Shown one piece after another: positions 52,639 through 62,383 of a stretch of DNA of 64,000 bases (its first letter is position 1; the number at the start of each line of letters is the position of its first letter). The notes under the pieces are model-generated. The model saw only the letters and a program-made list of their open reading frames with translations. It was not told the origin of the DNA and did not search any database. This DNA is from Actinomycetota bacterium. GTDB taxonomy: Bacteria > Actinomycetota > Actinomycetes > JACCUZ01. Where the stretch lies: assembly GCA_030841035.1 (NCBI GenBank), contig JAVEDI010000104.1, positions 9,445 through 73,444 of the forward strand. Reading direction: 5' to 3'. The translations under genes were made by a program, and so were the position numbers.

Positions 52639-53756
52639 AGATCGAGAGCATCGAACCGTACGTCGCGCACAACTGGACGTTCGTGCGCGTCACCACGGAC
52701 ACGGGACTCGTGGGCGTCGGCGAGTCGACGTTCTTCGGCTTCCCTGAAGCCACTGCCGCCGTCATCCGCACCTTCGCTGACGCACTGCGCGGTGAGGACC
52801 CGATGCGGACCGAGTACCACTTCCTGTCGCTCTACCGTGCCTACTCGATGCGGGGCATGGCGATCGGCGGAGCGCTCAGCGCCATCGACCAGGCCCTGTG
52901 GGACATCAAGGGCAAGCACTTCGAGGTCCCGGTGTACGACCTGCTGGGTGGTCGGGTGCGCGACAAGGTCCGGGCCATGTTGGTGCTTCCCTACGGCACC
53001 CTCGAGGAGGTCGTCGCTGAGGCCGTCGCGGCAGTCGAGGAGGGCTACACCGCCCTGAAGGTCCTGCTGTTCGAGCCGGGGCACCATCTGATGCGGCATG
53101 CCGAGAAGATCGCCGACATGGTCGCCCGGATCGCCGCCATCCGGAAGGCGGTGGGCGACGAGATCGACCTCGGCATCGAGCTGCACCGGAACATGGCGCC
53201 CGGTGACTCCGTGGCAGCCATCCGCGAGTTCGAACCGTTCCGCCCGATGTTCGTCGAGGACCCCATCCCGCCCGACAGCGTTCTCTCCTTCGGTGCGATC
53301 GCCGCGAAGACGCGTGTCCCGATGGCCGCCGGTGAGCGGAACACGACGATCTGGGAGTTCCGTGAGTACATCGAGAACGGCGTGGCCCACATCCGACCCG
53401 ACGTCGGCATCGCAGGCGGCATCACTCACACCAAGAAGATCTGCGCCCTCGCTGAGGCCCACCATCTCGGCGTGATCCCGCACGCCGTGCCGTCCGGACC
53501 CGTCGCGACCGCTGCCCAGGTTCAGCTGGGCATGGCCGTCCCCAACTGGGAGGTGCAGGAGCATCGCCGGCAGGACCAGGAACCGTGGACGCTCGCCGTG
53601 CAGCACATCGTCCCTGTCGTCAACGGGTTCTTCGAACCGGTCGATGCTCCAGGGCTGGGCATCGAGCTGAAGGTCGATGCGCTCGGCGGCATCCCGCCGG
53701 CGCCGCCCGCCGGACCGACCGCGGTACGCGAGGACGGGGCGGTGGCGTTCCGGTGA
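52635..53756 (+). CDS. Enolase-superfamily sugar-acid dehydratase (galactonate/mannonate dehydratase-like)
   Basis: GTGA overlap. N-terminus MKIESIEPYV...VRVTTDTGLVGVGE, then ALWDIKGK and metal-ligand contexts IDLGIELH, FVEDP and AAGER. Confidence 0.85.
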   Translation: MKIESIEPYVAHNWTFVRVTTDTGLVGVGESTFFGFPEATAAVIRTFADALRGEDPMRTEYHFLSLYRAYSMRGMAIGGALSAIDQALWDIKGKHFEVPVYDLLGGRVRDKVRAMLVLPYGTLEEVVAEAVAAVEEGYTALKVLLFEPGHHLMRHAEKIADMVARIAAIRKAVGDEIDLGIELHRNMAPGDSVAAIREFEPFRPMFVEDPIPPDSVLSFGAIAAKTRVPMAAGERNTTIWEFREYIENGVAHIRPDVGIAGGITHTKKICALAEAHHLGVIPHAVPSGPVATAAQVQLGMAVPNWEVQEHRRQDQEPWTLAVQHIVPVVNGFFEPVDAPGLGIELKVDALGGIPPAPPAGPTAVREDGAVAFR

Positions 53757-54613
53757 GCGAGCTGATCCTGGACAGCCACAGCCACGCGTGGGAGCGGTGG
53801 CCCTACGACCTCGCGGTGCCCGACCCCGCGACGCGCGGCTCGGCCGAGCACCTCATCTACGAGATGGACCGGCACGGCGTCACCGAGGCCGTCATCGTCG
53901 CGGCGCGGATCGACCACAACCCGAAGAACAACGAGTACGTCGCCGAGGCGGTGCGCCGACACCCCGGTCGGCTGCACCAGTTTGCCGACGTCGACTCCGT
54001 CTGGTCGGTTGAGCACCACACGCCCGGGGCGGCTAAGCGGTTGGGCGACATCGCCGACCGGCTGGCCCCCAAGGGGTTCACCCACTACCTCGATCGCAGG
54101 AACGACGGCTGGCTTCTCTCGCGCGACGGGCAGGACTTCTTTCGCGTGGCCGCCGAGCGCAAACTGATCGCAAGCCTCGCCGCGGGTCCGGAGTGGCAGG
54201 AAGACATCCGGCGCGTCGCTGCGACGTACCCCGAGCTGACGATCATGATCCACCATCTCGGGCTGGTCCCGGCGCAGGGGCCGGAGTCGCGAGCGGCGAT
54301 GGACCAGCTCCTGCCCTCCGCCGAGCTGCCGAACATCGTGGTGAAGTTCTCGGGCTTCCACTACCTGCTGGACGACGGCTGGGAGTACCCGCACCGCAAA
54401 GCCAGGTGGATCGCCGAGGCGTTGTACCAGGCGTTCGGTCCCACGCAGCTCTGCTGGGCGTCCGACTTCCCGGCGCTCACGCGATACATGACCTATCGGC
54501 AGTCGTTGGAGATCGTCCGTACCCACTGCGACTTCATCTCCGACAGTGACCGGCCGTGGATCCTCGGCCGGACGCTCGCCGGCCTGCTCCACGACGAGGG
54601 TGAGCCCACATGA
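53753..54613 (+). CDS. Amidohydrolase-2 family protein (sugar lactonase / decarboxylase-type)
   Basis: GTGA overlap. HxH motif LDSHSHAW, then MIHHLG and WASDFP. Confidence 0.8.
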   Translation: MSELILDSHSHAWERWPYDLAVPDPATRGSAEHLIYEMDRHGVTEAVIVAARIDHNPKNNEYVAEAVRRHPGRLHQFADVDSVWSVEHHTPGAAKRLGDIADRLAPKGFTHYLDRRNDGWLLSRDGQDFFRVAAERKLIASLAAGPEWQEDIRRVAATYPELTIMIHHLGLVPAQGPESRAAMDQLLPSAELPNIVVKFSGFHYLLDDGWEYPHRKARWIAEALYQAFGPTQLCWASDFPALTRYMTYRQSLEIVRTHCDFISDSDRPWILGRTLAGLLHDEGEPT

Positions 54614-55977
54614 CCGTGTTCTCGACGCGCAACCCGGCCACCGATGAGCTGGTACGGACCTACGACGTGCATGGCCCCGACGAGGTGGAGAGCCGGCTCC
54701 AGCGCGTGTACGACGCCTGGCGGGCTCTGCGCGACATCACCGTCGAGGAGCGGGCCGTGATGCTCGGCCGCCTGGCGAAGCACTTCGAGGAGAACGTCGA
54801 CCGGTACGCCGCGCTCGTCACGCAGGAGATGGGCCGGCCGCTCGTCGAGGCGAGGCCGGAGATCCTCAAGTGCGCAGTGACGTGCCGGGTCGTGGCCGAG
54901 CGCGGTGTCGACTGGCTGCGACCGCTCAGGGTCGACACCGAGGTGCGCTCCAGCGTCGTTCGTTTCGAGAGCCTCGGTCCGATCCTTGCGGTCATGCCGT
55001 GGAACTTCCCGTTCTTCCAGGTCATCCGGTTCTTCGCGCCGGCCTTCCTCGCCGGCAACACGGCGCTCGTGAAGCACGCCGAGAACGTTCCCGCGTGCGC
55101 GGAGGCGCTGGAGGAGGCGTTCGCCTCGATGGGGGCGCCCGAGGGAACCCTGCTCAACGTGCGCGTCGAGCGGGACGCCGTGGGCGCGCTCATCGAGGAT
55201 GCGCGCATCCGCAGCGTCACGTTCACCGGCAGCGTCGCGGCGGGACGGACGGTCGCGAAGCAGGCCGGGGCGGCGGGCAAGAAGTCAGTCCTGGAGCTCG
55301 GCGGCTCCGACCCCTTCGTGGTCCTGGGGGACGCCGACCTGGACGTCGCCGTTCCGGGCGCCGTGCAGGCGCGCTTCGCCAACGCGGGACAGAGCTGCAT
55401 CTGCGGCAAGCGGTTCCTGGTGCACGCGGACATCGCCGAGGACTTCCTCCACAGGTTCGCCGAGCAGGCCGGCCGCATCGTGGTCGGGGACCCGACCGAC
55501 GAGGCGACGACGATGGGACCGCTGGCTCGCGCCGACCTGCGCGACGCCCTGCACGCCCAGGTCGAGCGCAGCATCGCCATGGGCGCTCGGGCGTTCCTCG
55601 AAGGCGGCCCGGTGGAGGGGCCCGGGTACTTCTACCGTCCGACCATCCTCGTCGACGTCCCGGAGGATGCGCCCGCCGGTTGCCAGGAGCTGTTCGGTCC
55701 CGTCGCCAGCGTCTTCACCTTCCGCAGCGACGACGAAGCACTGGCGCTCGCCAACAGCACCAGCTTCGGTCTCGGGTCGTCGGTGTGGACCCGGGACGAC
55801 CAGCGCGCTGCCCGCTTCGTGGACGGCATCGAGGCAGGCGCGGTCTTCGTCAACGATGTCGTGCGCTCTGATGCGCGGCTCTCCTTCGGGGGTGTCAAGG
55901 CCTCCGGCTTCGGGCGGGAGCTCGGCCTTCTGGGCAGCCGTGAGTTCACGAACGCCAAGATGGTCTGGATCGCATAG
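54610..55977 (+). CDS. NAD(P)-dependent aldehyde dehydrogenase (succinate-semialdehyde-dehydrogenase-like)
   Basis: ATGA overlap. Motifs PWNFPF, ELGGSDP and NAGQSCICGKR. Confidence 0.9.
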   Translation: MTVFSTRNPATDELVRTYDVHGPDEVESRLQRVYDAWRALRDITVEERAVMLGRLAKHFEENVDRYAALVTQEMGRPLVEARPEILKCAVTCRVVAERGVDWLRPLRVDTEVRSSVVRFESLGPILAVMPWNFPFFQVIRFFAPAFLAGNTALVKHAENVPACAEALEEAFASMGAPEGTLLNVRVERDAVGALIEDARIRSVTFTGSVAAGRTVAKQAGAAGKKSVLELGGSDPFVVLGDADLDVAVPGAVQARFANAGQSCICGKRFLVHADIAEDFLHRFAEQAGRIVVGDPTDEATTMGPLARADLRDALHAQVERSIAMGARAFLEGGPVEGPGYFYRPTILVDVPEDAPAGCQELFGPVASVFTFRSDDEALALANSTSFGLGSSVWTRDDQRAARFVDGIEAGAVFVNDVVRSDARLSFGGVKASGFGRELGLLGSREFTNAKMVWIA

Positions 55978-55980
55978 GGC

Positions 55981-57075
55981 ATGCCCGCCGAGGAGCTCGT
56001 CCAACTGCGCGCCGACGGGCGGATGCGCATGGGCTACTGCCTGCCCACGTTCGCCTGGCCGGGGCCGACGCTGTTCCGGACACCGAACGTGGAGGTGGTC
56101 GATGCGCCGGACATCATCGCCCTGGCCCGCGACGCGGAGGACGCGGGCTTCCAGTCCGTCTGGGCGTGCGACCACCTCATGCTGGGCAAGGACAACGCCG
56201 TACTCGAGGGCTGGACGGTGCTGTCCGCGGTCGCCGGCGCGACCAGCCGAGTGCAGCTGGGTCTGATCCACCAGGCCAACCTGCAGCGCGCCCCTTCGTT
56301 GCACGCCAACATGACGGCGACCCTCGACCAGCTCAGCGGCGGGCGGTTCGTGTTCTTCCCCGACATGAGCACCTACGCCGCGGAGAACATCGCCTACGGG
56401 CTCGACTGGGACGTGGATGACGACGTGCGCGTCGCCAAGCTCGCCGAGGCGCTGGAGATCATCCTGGCGCTGTGGACCACGGAGCAGCCGGTGTCCTTCA
56501 GCGGCCGCTACTACCGCGTCGACGGCGCGCAGGCGCAGCCACGGCCGGCTCAGCGACCACGGCCCCCCTTGTGGTTCGGCGAGATCCATCCCGCCCAGCT
56601 GGCACTGTGCGCGAAGTACGGAGACGGCTGGAACTCGACCCCGGTCCGGACCCAGCAGCTGTGCGAGCGCATCGTGTCGCTGGAGGACGCCTGCCGCGCC
56701 GTCGGCCGGAACCCGGCTGAGATCGAGAAGTCCTACGAGACGCAGGTCCTCGTGGCGCCGGACCACGACCAGCTTCGCGAGACACTGCGCCGGTTGTTGG
56801 CGAGGCCGGGCTTCCCGGGCGACGACCTACCGGGGCAACATGCCTCGGCGGAGCTGTGGGACTACGTGGACGGACGGCGTCCGGACCTGCCCGCCGACCT
56901 CGTCGATACCTGGGTCATCGGTACGCCGGAGGAGGCGCGCGCGCGGCTGGCCGAGCTGCGGGCCGTGGGCATCGACCATCTGCTGCTGTGGTTCATGGAC
57001 GCGCCTGACCGCGCGGGCATGCGGTTGTTCGCCTCCGAGGTCATGGGTTGGCCCGGCGCCAGTGTGGAACAGTGA
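55981..57075 (+). CDS. LLM-class flavin/F420-dependent oxidoreductase
   Basis: Luciferase-like pattern (MRMGYCLPTF...FQSVWACDHL...). Alternative start ATG 56023. Confidence 0.8.
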   Translation: MPAEELVQLRADGRMRMGYCLPTFAWPGPTLFRTPNVEVVDAPDIIALARDAEDAGFQSVWACDHLMLGKDNAVLEGWTVLSAVAGATSRVQLGLIHQANLQRAPSLHANMTATLDQLSGGRFVFFPDMSTYAAENIAYGLDWDVDDDVRVAKLAEALEIILALWTTEQPVSFSGRYYRVDGAQAQPRPAQRPRPPLWFGEIHPAQLALCAKYGDGWNSTPVRTQQLCERIVSLEDACRAVGRNPAEIEKSYETQVLVAPDHDQLRETLRRLLARPGFPGDDLPGQHASAELWDYVDGRRPDLPADLVDTWVIGTPEEARARLAELRAVGIDHLLLWFMDAPDRAGMRLFASEVMGWPGASVEQ

Positions 57076-57143
57076 AGGTCGCTGCCAGCCGTGCACCGGC
57101 CTCCGCAGCCACCTCGGACCCCGACGACGGACGGGAGACCACG

Positions 57144-57974
57144 ATGGACGATCTCGCGCCCGGGCCGAAGCCGGTTCCGGCGCTGGTGAGAGCGAAACGG
57201 ATCCTCGACGACTTGAGCCTGGACGGGAAGGCCAAGGGCGTCTCCGACATCGCGCGCAACCTCGCGCTGCCCAAGAGCACCGTGCACGGCCTCTGCCGAA
57301 CTCTGGAGGAGCTCGGCCTGCTGGTGCGCACCGGCGCGAACCAGTTCACCGTCGGACCGCACGTGCTGGCGTGGGCCAACGCCTACCAGAGTCAGAGCAG
57401 CCTCCCGCAGGCGTTCATGGAGCTGGCAGAGCAGGCCGGCATGCGCAGCCAGTCGATCAACCTCTCGATCCCTTCGGGACATGAGGTCATGTACATCGCC
57501 TGCCGACAGGGCTCGGACCCGCTAGGGGTCAGCTTCCGCCCAGGTCTCCGGCTGCCCGCGCCGTTCACCGCGACCGGTAAGGCGATGCTCGCCACCATGA
57601 GCGATGCCGAGGTGCGGGAGCTCTTCGCGCAGCGGTGGCCCGACGCGTGGACTCCCTCGAGCGTGCCCGACATCGACGCGCTGCTCGCCGAGCTGGTCGT
57701 CACCCGCGCGCGCGGCTATTCGCTGGACGACGGGCAGCTGCGCGAGTCGATGACCTGTTTCGGTGCGCCCGTGTTCGGTGCCGGCAGCGTGTCCGCCGTG
57801 GCCGGCGTGGCGATCGGTGTCCTCACCGCGGACAGCGACGAGGACGCGTTCGATTCCATCGCGGCGACCGTGACCCAGCTCGCCGCGCAGCTCACCCGGC
57901 GGCTGGGGGGACGACCGCGGACGGACCTCCCGCGTGAGCCCGAGCACTCCTTGACAGCGGCCCGGAGTTCGTGA
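57144..57974 (+). CDS. IclR-family transcriptional regulator
   Basis: wHTH VSDIARNLALPKSTVHGLCRTLEELGLL plus an IclR effector domain. The ORF is open from 57048. Confidence 0.85.
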   Translation: MDDLAPGPKPVPALVRAKRILDDLSLDGKAKGVSDIARNLALPKSTVHGLCRTLEELGLLVRTGANQFTVGPHVLAWANAYQSQSSLPQAFMELAEQAGMRSQSINLSIPSGHEVMYIACRQGSDPLGVSFRPGLRLPAPFTATGKAMLATMSDAEVRELFAQRWPDAWTPSSVPDIDALLAELVVTRARGYSLDDGQLRESMTCFGAPVFGAGSVSAVAGVAIGVLTADSDEDAFDSIAATVTQLAAQLTRRLGGRPRTDLPREPEHSLTAARSS

Positions 57975-58016
57975 AACGTTCAACACTGTGATCTTCGTTC
58001 CACCAAGTGAACGAAG
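57951..58016 (+). promoter_or_regulatory. Promoter/operator region P3 (inside the iclR 3' end and downstream of it)
   Basis: TTGACAG (57951-57957), GAAACGTTC at +22 (57973-57981), and the 8-bp inverted repeat CTTCGTTC (57993-58000) / GAACGAAG (58009-58016). Confidence 0.45.
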
Positions 58017-58073
58017 AGTCGCTTCGGCGGGCCTTCGCAGCCCGTCCTTCCCCTGACCTCGCAAGGAGCGCGC

Positions 58074-58367
58074 GTGATCGTCCTCGTCGCCAAGTACGTC
58101 GTCCAGCCGGGCCACATCGACACGGTCCTTGACAGGCTGCGCGAGATGAAGCCCCGCGTGGACGCGGAGGAGCCTGGCTGCACCTTCTACCAGGTCTCGC
58201 GTTCGACCGAGCAGGAGGACTTGGTGCTGCTGTACGAGCACTACGTCGACGAGGACGCCCTGCTCGGCCACCGCGACACGGCGCACTTCAAGGAGATCAT
58301 CGAGGGCCAGGTCGTGCCGCTGCTGGTCGAGCGCCAGCGCGAGCTCTACTCGCTGGCCATCGGCTGA
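58074..58367 (+). CDS. Antibiotic-biosynthesis-monooxygenase (ABM, dimeric alpha/beta barrel) domain protein
   Basis: GTG follows AAGGAG. 97 aa with an ABM-like pattern (VAKYVVQPG...EPGCTFYQVSRS...LYEHYVDEDAL..H). Confidence 0.75.
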   Translation: MIVLVAKYVVQPGHIDTVLDRLREMKPRVDAEEPGCTFYQVSRSTEQEDLVLLYEHYVDEDALLGHRDTAHFKEIIEGQVVPLLVERQRELYSLAIG

Positions 58368-58371
58368 GCCG

Positions 58372-59370
58372 GTGCGCCTGGTCTCACTCGCCGTTCCTGC
58401 GGTCGTCGGGTCACAGCGTCGTCTCGGCGCAGTGCTCGACGACGGCCGGGTCGTCGACCTCAACGCCGGGTACGAGCTCGTTCTGCGACGCAAGCACGGC
58501 CTCGTCGAGGACAGCGCGCGGCGGATCGCGGCCGCCGTCGTGCCGGCGAGCATGCGCAGCTTCCTCGAGGGCGCGGACATCTCCCGTGAGGCCGCTCGCT
58601 GCGTCCTGGACGCGATCGCCCAGCAGGCGTACGTCGACGCCGGCGAGGTGGTCGTCCCGGTCGAGACCGCACAGCCGCTCGCCCCGATCCCCGATCCGCC
58701 GCTGATCCGGGACTTCATGGCCTTCGAGGAGCACCTGCTCAACATCTATCCGCGGCTGGGTCGAGAGATCCCGCCGACCTGGTACGAGATGCCGGTGTAC
58801 TACAAGGGCAACCCCGCGAGCATCGGAGCGGCGGGCGATGTCATCGACCTGCCCTCCTACGCCGACACGCTGGACTTCGAGTTCGAGCTCGCGGCCGTGA
58901 TCGGGCGGCCCGGCACGGACATCAGCGCCGAGGACGCGCTGGACCATGTGGCCGGATACATGATCTACAACGACTTCAGCGCGCGCGACATCCAGCAACG
59001 CGAGATGTCGGTAGGACTGGGACCGGCCAAGGGCAAGGACTTCACGAAGGCACACGTCTTCGGGCCGTGGTTGGTCACGACCGATGAGGTGCCCGACGTC
59101 TACGCCCTTGCCATGCGCGCCGAGGTCAACGGCCGGCTGTGGTGCGAGTCGAGCACCTCGACGATGCACTGGCGGTTCGAGGACATGATCGCGCACGCAT
59201 CGCGAGACGAGGGCCTACGGGTCGGCGAGATCTTCGGCTCCGGCACCGTCGGCGGGGGGTCGGGGGCCGAACGGGGCGAGTCACTGTCTCCCGGCGACAC
59301 CGTGGTCCTGACCGTGGAGCACCTCGGCACGCTCTCCAACCAGGTCGGCAAGCCCGCTCCAGCTCGTTAG
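58372..59370 (+). CDS. Fumarylacetoacetate hydrolase (FAH) family protein
   Basis: FAH-fold motifs (DFEFELAAVIG, GYMIYNDFSARD, GKDF, GDTVVL). Confidence 0.85.
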   Translation: MRLVSLAVPAVVGSQRRLGAVLDDGRVVDLNAGYELVLRRKHGLVEDSARRIAAAVVPASMRSFLEGADISREAARCVLDAIAQQAYVDAGEVVVPVETAQPLAPIPDPPLIRDFMAFEEHLLNIYPRLGREIPPTWYEMPVYYKGNPASIGAAGDVIDLPSYADTLDFEFELAAVIGRPGTDISAEDALDHVAGYMIYNDFSARDIQQREMSVGLGPAKGKDFTKAHVFGPWLVTTDEVPDVYALAMRAEVNGRLWCESSTSTMHWRFEDMIAHASRDEGLRVGEIFGSGTVGGGSGAERGESLSPGDTVVLTVEHLGTLSNQVGKPAPAR

Positions 59371-59417
59371 CGCTCCCGGATCGGCTCCCTGCGACGTACC
59401 CGTGCGAGGAACAACCC

Positions 59418-59753
59418 GTGATCCATGAACTGCGTACCTACCACTGCATGCCTGGTCGGCTGCCCGACGTCCTGCACCGGTTCGAGACGGTGACCCTGCG
59501 GCTCTTCGAACGACACGGCATCCGCCAGGTCGGCTTCTGGACGTACGCCGTCGGAGGCCCGAGCCAGGACCTCGTCTATCTGCTGGAGTGGCAGTCGATG
59601 GCCGACCGCGAGGCGCGCTGGGCGGCGTTCCAGGCCGATCCGGAGTGGATCGAGGCGCGTCGACGCAGCGAGGCCGACGGGCCGATCATCGCCTCAGGCA
59701 CGAACGCCATGCTCGCGCCGACGACGTTCTCAGCCACCGGTGCCGCGCTCTAG
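59418..59753 (+). CDS. NIPSNAP-family protein
   Basis: GTG 59418 follows GAGGA. N-terminus IHELRTYHCMPG and the pattern W..F..DPEW are typical of NIPSNAP. Confidence 0.7.
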   Translation: MIHELRTYHCMPGRLPDVLHRFETVTLRLFERHGIRQVGFWTYAVGGPSQDLVYLLEWQSMADREARWAAFQADPEWIEARRRSEADGPIIASGTNAMLAPTTFSATGAAL

Positions 59754-59772
59754 CACGACCGGCTCGGATCCC

Positions 59773-59839
59773 TTGACAGGCCTCCGCATTCCATGAAACG
59801 TTCCTGTCATCATACGGGACAACGTTCGAAATACTGAAC
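59773..59839 (+). promoter_or_regulatory. Promoter/operator region P2 of the catabolic cluster
   Basis: TTGACAG (59773-59779), GAAACGTTC at +22 (59795-59803), ATCATACGGGAC (59809-59820), GTTCGAAATACTGAAC (59824-59839). Confidence 0.5.
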
Positions 59840-59909
59840 ACCCTGACAGGCTCACCCCAGCCGCACGCGCTGGCTGACGCTCATCTCACCTCGAGGTAAG
59901 GAACGGTCC

Positions 59910-60752
59910 ATGAACACTGCCGAAGCACTGGCTGCGCTCGGGGTCACCGAGGCTGACTTCACCCCGCAGCAGCAGCGCCAGCTGGACGAGGACGGCTACT
60001 TCATCGTCCCCGAGTACTTCACCGCCGAGCAGGTCGAGGCGCTGCGCGGCGCCTACGACGCGTGCGCCAACGACGCCGTCGTCCTCGGCGACCTCGGGAT
60101 CGAGCCCGGTGGCGTGTTCATCTTCGACCTGTTCAACAAGTCCGAGGTCTTCGACCTGTGCCTGTCCAGCCGGCCGACCCTCGCCGCGGCGCAGGACCTC
60201 ATGGGTGACATCCGCGTCTACTCGCTCAACGGGCGCAACCCGGCCAAGGGCCGCGGGCAGCAGTCGCTGCACAGCGACGTACCGCGGTCGCACCCCACCG
60301 ACTGGCGGGTCGTCAACACGATGATCATGTTGGACGACATGAGCGAGGAGAACGGCGCCACGCGCCTCGTGCCGGGCTCGCACAAGTGGCCCGCTCTCAA
60401 CGTGCCGGACGACAACCTGGCAGGCGAGAAGGCTCCGGCCCCCACCCCCGAGGAGCTGGCGCAGTTCCCGGACGACGCGACGGCACCCCACCCCCAGGAG
60501 ATCAAGGTCACCGGGAAGGCCGGGTCGATCTGTGTCATCAACGGCCACATCTGGCACGGGGGCACGCTCAACCGCTCCGGTGCGTCACGTCGCCTCCTGC
60601 ACCTCGCGATCGGGCGGCGTGACGTCCCTCCGCAGCTCGACCAGCGCGAGTACCTCACCCCGTCGCTGAAGAACCGCTCGAACCCGGCGCAGCAGTACCT
60701 GCTGGACATCGAGGACGCCGAGCCCGCCGTCCCGGACCCCGTTCGCAGCTGA
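59910..60752 (+). CDS. Phytanoyl-CoA dioxygenase (PhyH) family Fe(II)/2-oxoglutarate oxygenase
   Basis: ATG follows AAGGAA. HxD motif LHSDV, distal His in GHIWHGG, and RR.L. Confidence 0.8.
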   Translation: MNTAEALAALGVTEADFTPQQQRQLDEDGYFIVPEYFTAEQVEALRGAYDACANDAVVLGDLGIEPGGVFIFDLFNKSEVFDLCLSSRPTLAAAQDLMGDIRVYSLNGRNPAKGRGQQSLHSDVPRSHPTDWRVVNTMIMLDDMSEENGATRLVPGSHKWPALNVPDDNLAGEKAPAPTPEELAQFPDDATAPHPQEIKVTGKAGSICVINGHIWHGGTLNRSGASRRLLHLAIGRRDVPPQLDQREYLTPSLKNRSNPAQQYLLDIEDAEPAVPDPVRS

Positions 60753-60796
60753 CACACCGCACGGACGGTTGCCGGTCGCGTGGAAACGGAGTGAAC

Positions 60797-62383
60797 ATGT
60801 CGCACGACCCCGAGGTCGGCGGGCCTGGGACCGCGGACGTGGCGGCCGGCAACGGCGCGACCATGCTCGCCTCCGAGCCGGTCGCCGGGCCGGTCATCTC
60901 GTTGCGCGGGGTCAGCAAGCACTACGGCGGCGTGTACGCCGTGCGCGGCATCGACCTCGATCTGTACGCCGGTGAGGTGCACGCCCTGCTCGGCGAGAAC
61001 GGTGCGGGGAAGAGCACCTTGGTCAAGGTGCTCGGCGGGATCCACCGGCCCACCGAGGGATCGATCGTCCTGGACGGTGAGGTCGTCGACTTCCACTCAC
61101 CGGCCCAGTCGCAGGCAGCCGGGATCAGCGTCGTGCACCAGGAGCCGGCGCTGTTCCCGGACCTGGACATCGCCGAGAACATCTACCAGGGCCGCTACCC
61201 GCGGCGTGGTCCCCGAGCCATCAGCTGGCGCGACGTGTATGCCAACGCCAGCAAGCACCTTCAGGAGCTCGGCGTCGAGCTCGACGTCCGCGCAAAGATC
61301 GACTCGCTCTCCGTCGCCGAATGCCAGATCGTCGAGATAGCCAAGGCCCTCTCGTTGAACGCGCGAGTCCTCGTGCTCGACGAACCGACCGCGGCCCTGT
61401 CCGCCGGTGAGGTCGAGGACTTCTTCCGCATCGTCAACGCGCTGCGTGCTCGGGGCGTGGCCATCCTGTTCGTCAGCCACCGCCTGGAAGAGATCCAGTC
61501 GCTCGCCGACCGGGTGACCGTCCTGCGCGATGCGGCCCTCGCGGTCACTGCCGAAGCGGCCACGCTCAGCCGCGAGGAGCTGATCCGCCACATGGTCGGT
61601 CGACGACTCGACGACCTGTTCCCGAAGGGGGAGGCGCGCATCGGCGAGCCGGTGCTGACGGTCCGGAACCTGACGCGGGCCGGTGTCTTCAACGACGTCA
61701 GCCTCGAGGTGCGGGCGGGCGAGATCCTGGGGCTGTGCGGACTGGTGGGGGCGGGGCGCACCGAGATCGCCCGGGTGCTGTTCGGTATCGACCACGCCGA
61801 CTCCGGCACCGTCGCGGTCCGCGGTGAGACGGTGCGGATCGACTCGCCGACGACGGCGATGCGCCACGGAATCGCCTACCTGCCCGAGGACCGGCACGGC
61901 CAGGGCCTGGTCCTCGACTGGAACGTCGCGAGCAACACGACCCTTGCCGTGCTGCGCTCACTGACGACCCACGGGCTGATCCGGCGCAGCAGGGAGAAGC
62001 GGCTCGCCGAGGGTTACGTCAAGGACCTCGCGGTCAAGTGCCAGACGGTCGCGCAGAAGGTCCTGAACCTCTCGGGCGGCAACCAGCAGAAGATCGTGCT
62101 GGCGAAGTGGCTGGCGACCAAGCCCGCGGTGCTGATCCTCGACGAGCCCACGCGCGGTGTCGACATCGGCACCAAGGCGGAGGTGCACCGGCTGATCTCC
62201 GGGCTGGCTCAGCGGGGCATCGCGATCTTGATGATCTCCAGCGAGCTGCCGGAGATCATCGGCATGTCCGACCGGGTGCTCGTGCTGCACGAGGGCCGGG
62301 TCAGCGGCGAGTTCGTCCGCGTGGAGCTGGACCAGGAGACATTGATGGCCGCCGCGACCGGGCAGGTGACGCATGACCGTTGA
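60797..62383 (+). CDS. Sugar ABC transporter ATP-binding protein (tandem ATPase domains, RbsA-like)
   Basis: Two Walker A sites (GENGAGKST, GLVGAGRTE), signature LSGGNQQK, Walker B LILDEP. ATG 60797 follows GGAG; the ORF is open from GTG 60791. Confidence 0.9.
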   Translation: MSHDPEVGGPGTADVAAGNGATMLASEPVAGPVISLRGVSKHYGGVYAVRGIDLDLYAGEVHALLGENGAGKSTLVKVLGGIHRPTEGSIVLDGEVVDFHSPAQSQAAGISVVHQEPALFPDLDIAENIYQGRYPRRGPRAISWRDVYANASKHLQELGVELDVRAKIDSLSVAECQIVEIAKALSLNARVLVLDEPTAALSAGEVEDFFRIVNALRARGVAILFVSHRLEEIQSLADRVTVLRDAALAVTAEAATLSREELIRHMVGRRLDDLFPKGEARIGEPVLTVRNLTRAGVFNDVSLEVRAGEILGLCGLVGAGRTEIARVLFGIDHADSGTVAVRGETVRIDSPTTAMRHGIAYLPEDRHGQGLVLDWNVASNTTLAVLRSLTTHGLIRRSREKRLAEGYVKDLAVKCQTVAQKVLNLSGGNQQKIVLAKWLATKPAVLILDEPTRGVDIGTKAEVHRLISGLAQRGIAILMISSELPEIIGMSDRVLVLHEGRVSGEFVRVELDQETLMAAATGQVTHDR

